From Candidatus Krumholzibacteriia bacterium (lineage in GTDB: Bacteria; Krumholzibacteriota; Krumholzibacteriia; WVZY01): a DNA stretch of 62,132 bases. The notes under the pieces are model-generated. The model was not told the DNA's origin, did no database searches, and saw only the letters and a list, made by a program, of their open reading frames with translations. A program made the position numbers and the translations under genes. Positions 61,590-62,132 of the stretch are shown piece after piece (position 1 is the stretch's first letter; each line of letters begins with the position of its first letter). The DNA lies in NCBI GenBank assembly GCA_036478295.1, contig JAZGDW010000139.1:1-62132 (forward strand), given 5' to 3'.

Positions 61590-62132
61590 CTAGGCTTCGA
61601 ACTCGATACGCGGCCTCTCCTCCTCGGAGAGCAGGGCCAGCGCTCCACGCAGCCGCTTGCACGACGAGCAGACGCCGCACATGCGCGACCGGGCGTCGTA
61701 ACAACTCCAGATGACCGAGAGCGGGGCTCCCAACCGGGCTCCCAGCCTGAGGATCTCGGCCTTGTCGAGGTCCTGCGTGAAACTCACCACGCGGACACCG
61801 CTGCGCGTGGACAACTCGAACGCGGCACTCACGCGCGCCACGTATTCGGCGCTGTTATCCGGAAACTCCACCGCCTCTTCCCGGTTGAATCCCGTCACCA
61901 CCGCATCGCACCCGTAGCTCTCGGCAAACGCCGCCGCAACGTTGAGAAATACCCCATTGCGGTTGGGTATCCAAACGGCATCGAGTGTATTGAGGGGCGG
62001 CTCGCCGTTCACCTTTTCCCGCATGGCACCGGATCCGGCGCTCTTGACCGCCTCACCGTCCGGCTGGGTGGCACCCCCCGTTCCCACCGCCCGCATGCCC
62101 GCCGGGGAAATAGCTCCGAGCCACCCGATGTC
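61590..62132 (-). CDS. queC: 7-cyano-7-deazaguanine synthase, C-terminal part (gene runs off the window)
   Basis: VVTGFNREEAVEFPDNS and WSCYD...CGVCSSCKRL zinc motif. The frame stays open to position 62132. Confidence 0.8.
   Translation of the reverse strand, partial: DIGWLGAISPAGMRAVGTGGATQPDGEAVKSAGSGAMREKVNGEPPLNTLDAVWIPNRNGVFLNVAAAFAESYGCDAVVTGFNREEAVEFPDNSAEYVARVSAAFELSTRSGVRVVSFTQDLDKAEILRLGARLGAPLSVIWSCYDARSRMCGVCSSCKRLRGALALLSEEERPRIEFEA

Overview
This is a 62.1-kb, GC-rich, gene-dense chromosomal fragment with about 55 protein genes and many 4-nt ATGA start/stop overlaps. It probably comes from an uncultured Gram-negative bacterium of the FCB superphylum or a neighbouring candidate phylum. 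That is an inference from four proteins ending in the NPFNP...YFY...K(M/L)(V/I)(L/F)LK type-IX-secretion (T9SS) sorting domain, and from lipoproteins with acidic residues right after the lipidated Cys. I found no rRNA, tRNA, CRISPR array, integrase or transposase. Left third: a frame-shifted TPR/DUF3857/transglutaminase gene, then a cluster of T9SS cargo genes dominated by a 2040-aa subtilisin with an internal ~500-aa module duplication. Middle: (1) one ORF fusing a cytoplasmic molybdopterin (bis-MGD) oxidoreductase to a NifS-type cysteine desulfurase, preceded by two paralogous small membrane genes (one with a YHS/TRASH metal domain, one a 50-aa ORF absent from the track); (2) an orphan gene with an unassigned N-terminal domain plus a RecB-like PD-(D/E)xK nuclease domain, behind a ~450-bp non-coding spacer; (3) envelope and lipid genes; (4) a ~4-kb low-GC islet with a surface-type lipoprotein, a putative beta-barrel and a Cys-rich secreted protein; (5) an orphan Tae4-family peptidoglycan amidase with a translationally coupled lipoprotein (candidate immunity) and no T6SS genes in view. 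Right third: housekeeping genes, including a dus-larB-larC operon with a LysM/TPR lipoprotein and a tandem ABC ATPase, Ctp protease, tmk, rsmI, ltaE, HU and queC-X-queE. Non-coding: a family of long palindromic, apparently structured elements with a conserved bipartite core occurs at three loci (one nested, one with a 103-nt expansion), always just 3' of and co-oriented with a gene. A separate 41-nt motif is conserved behind two genes. All functional calls come from motif recognition by eye, not from database searches.
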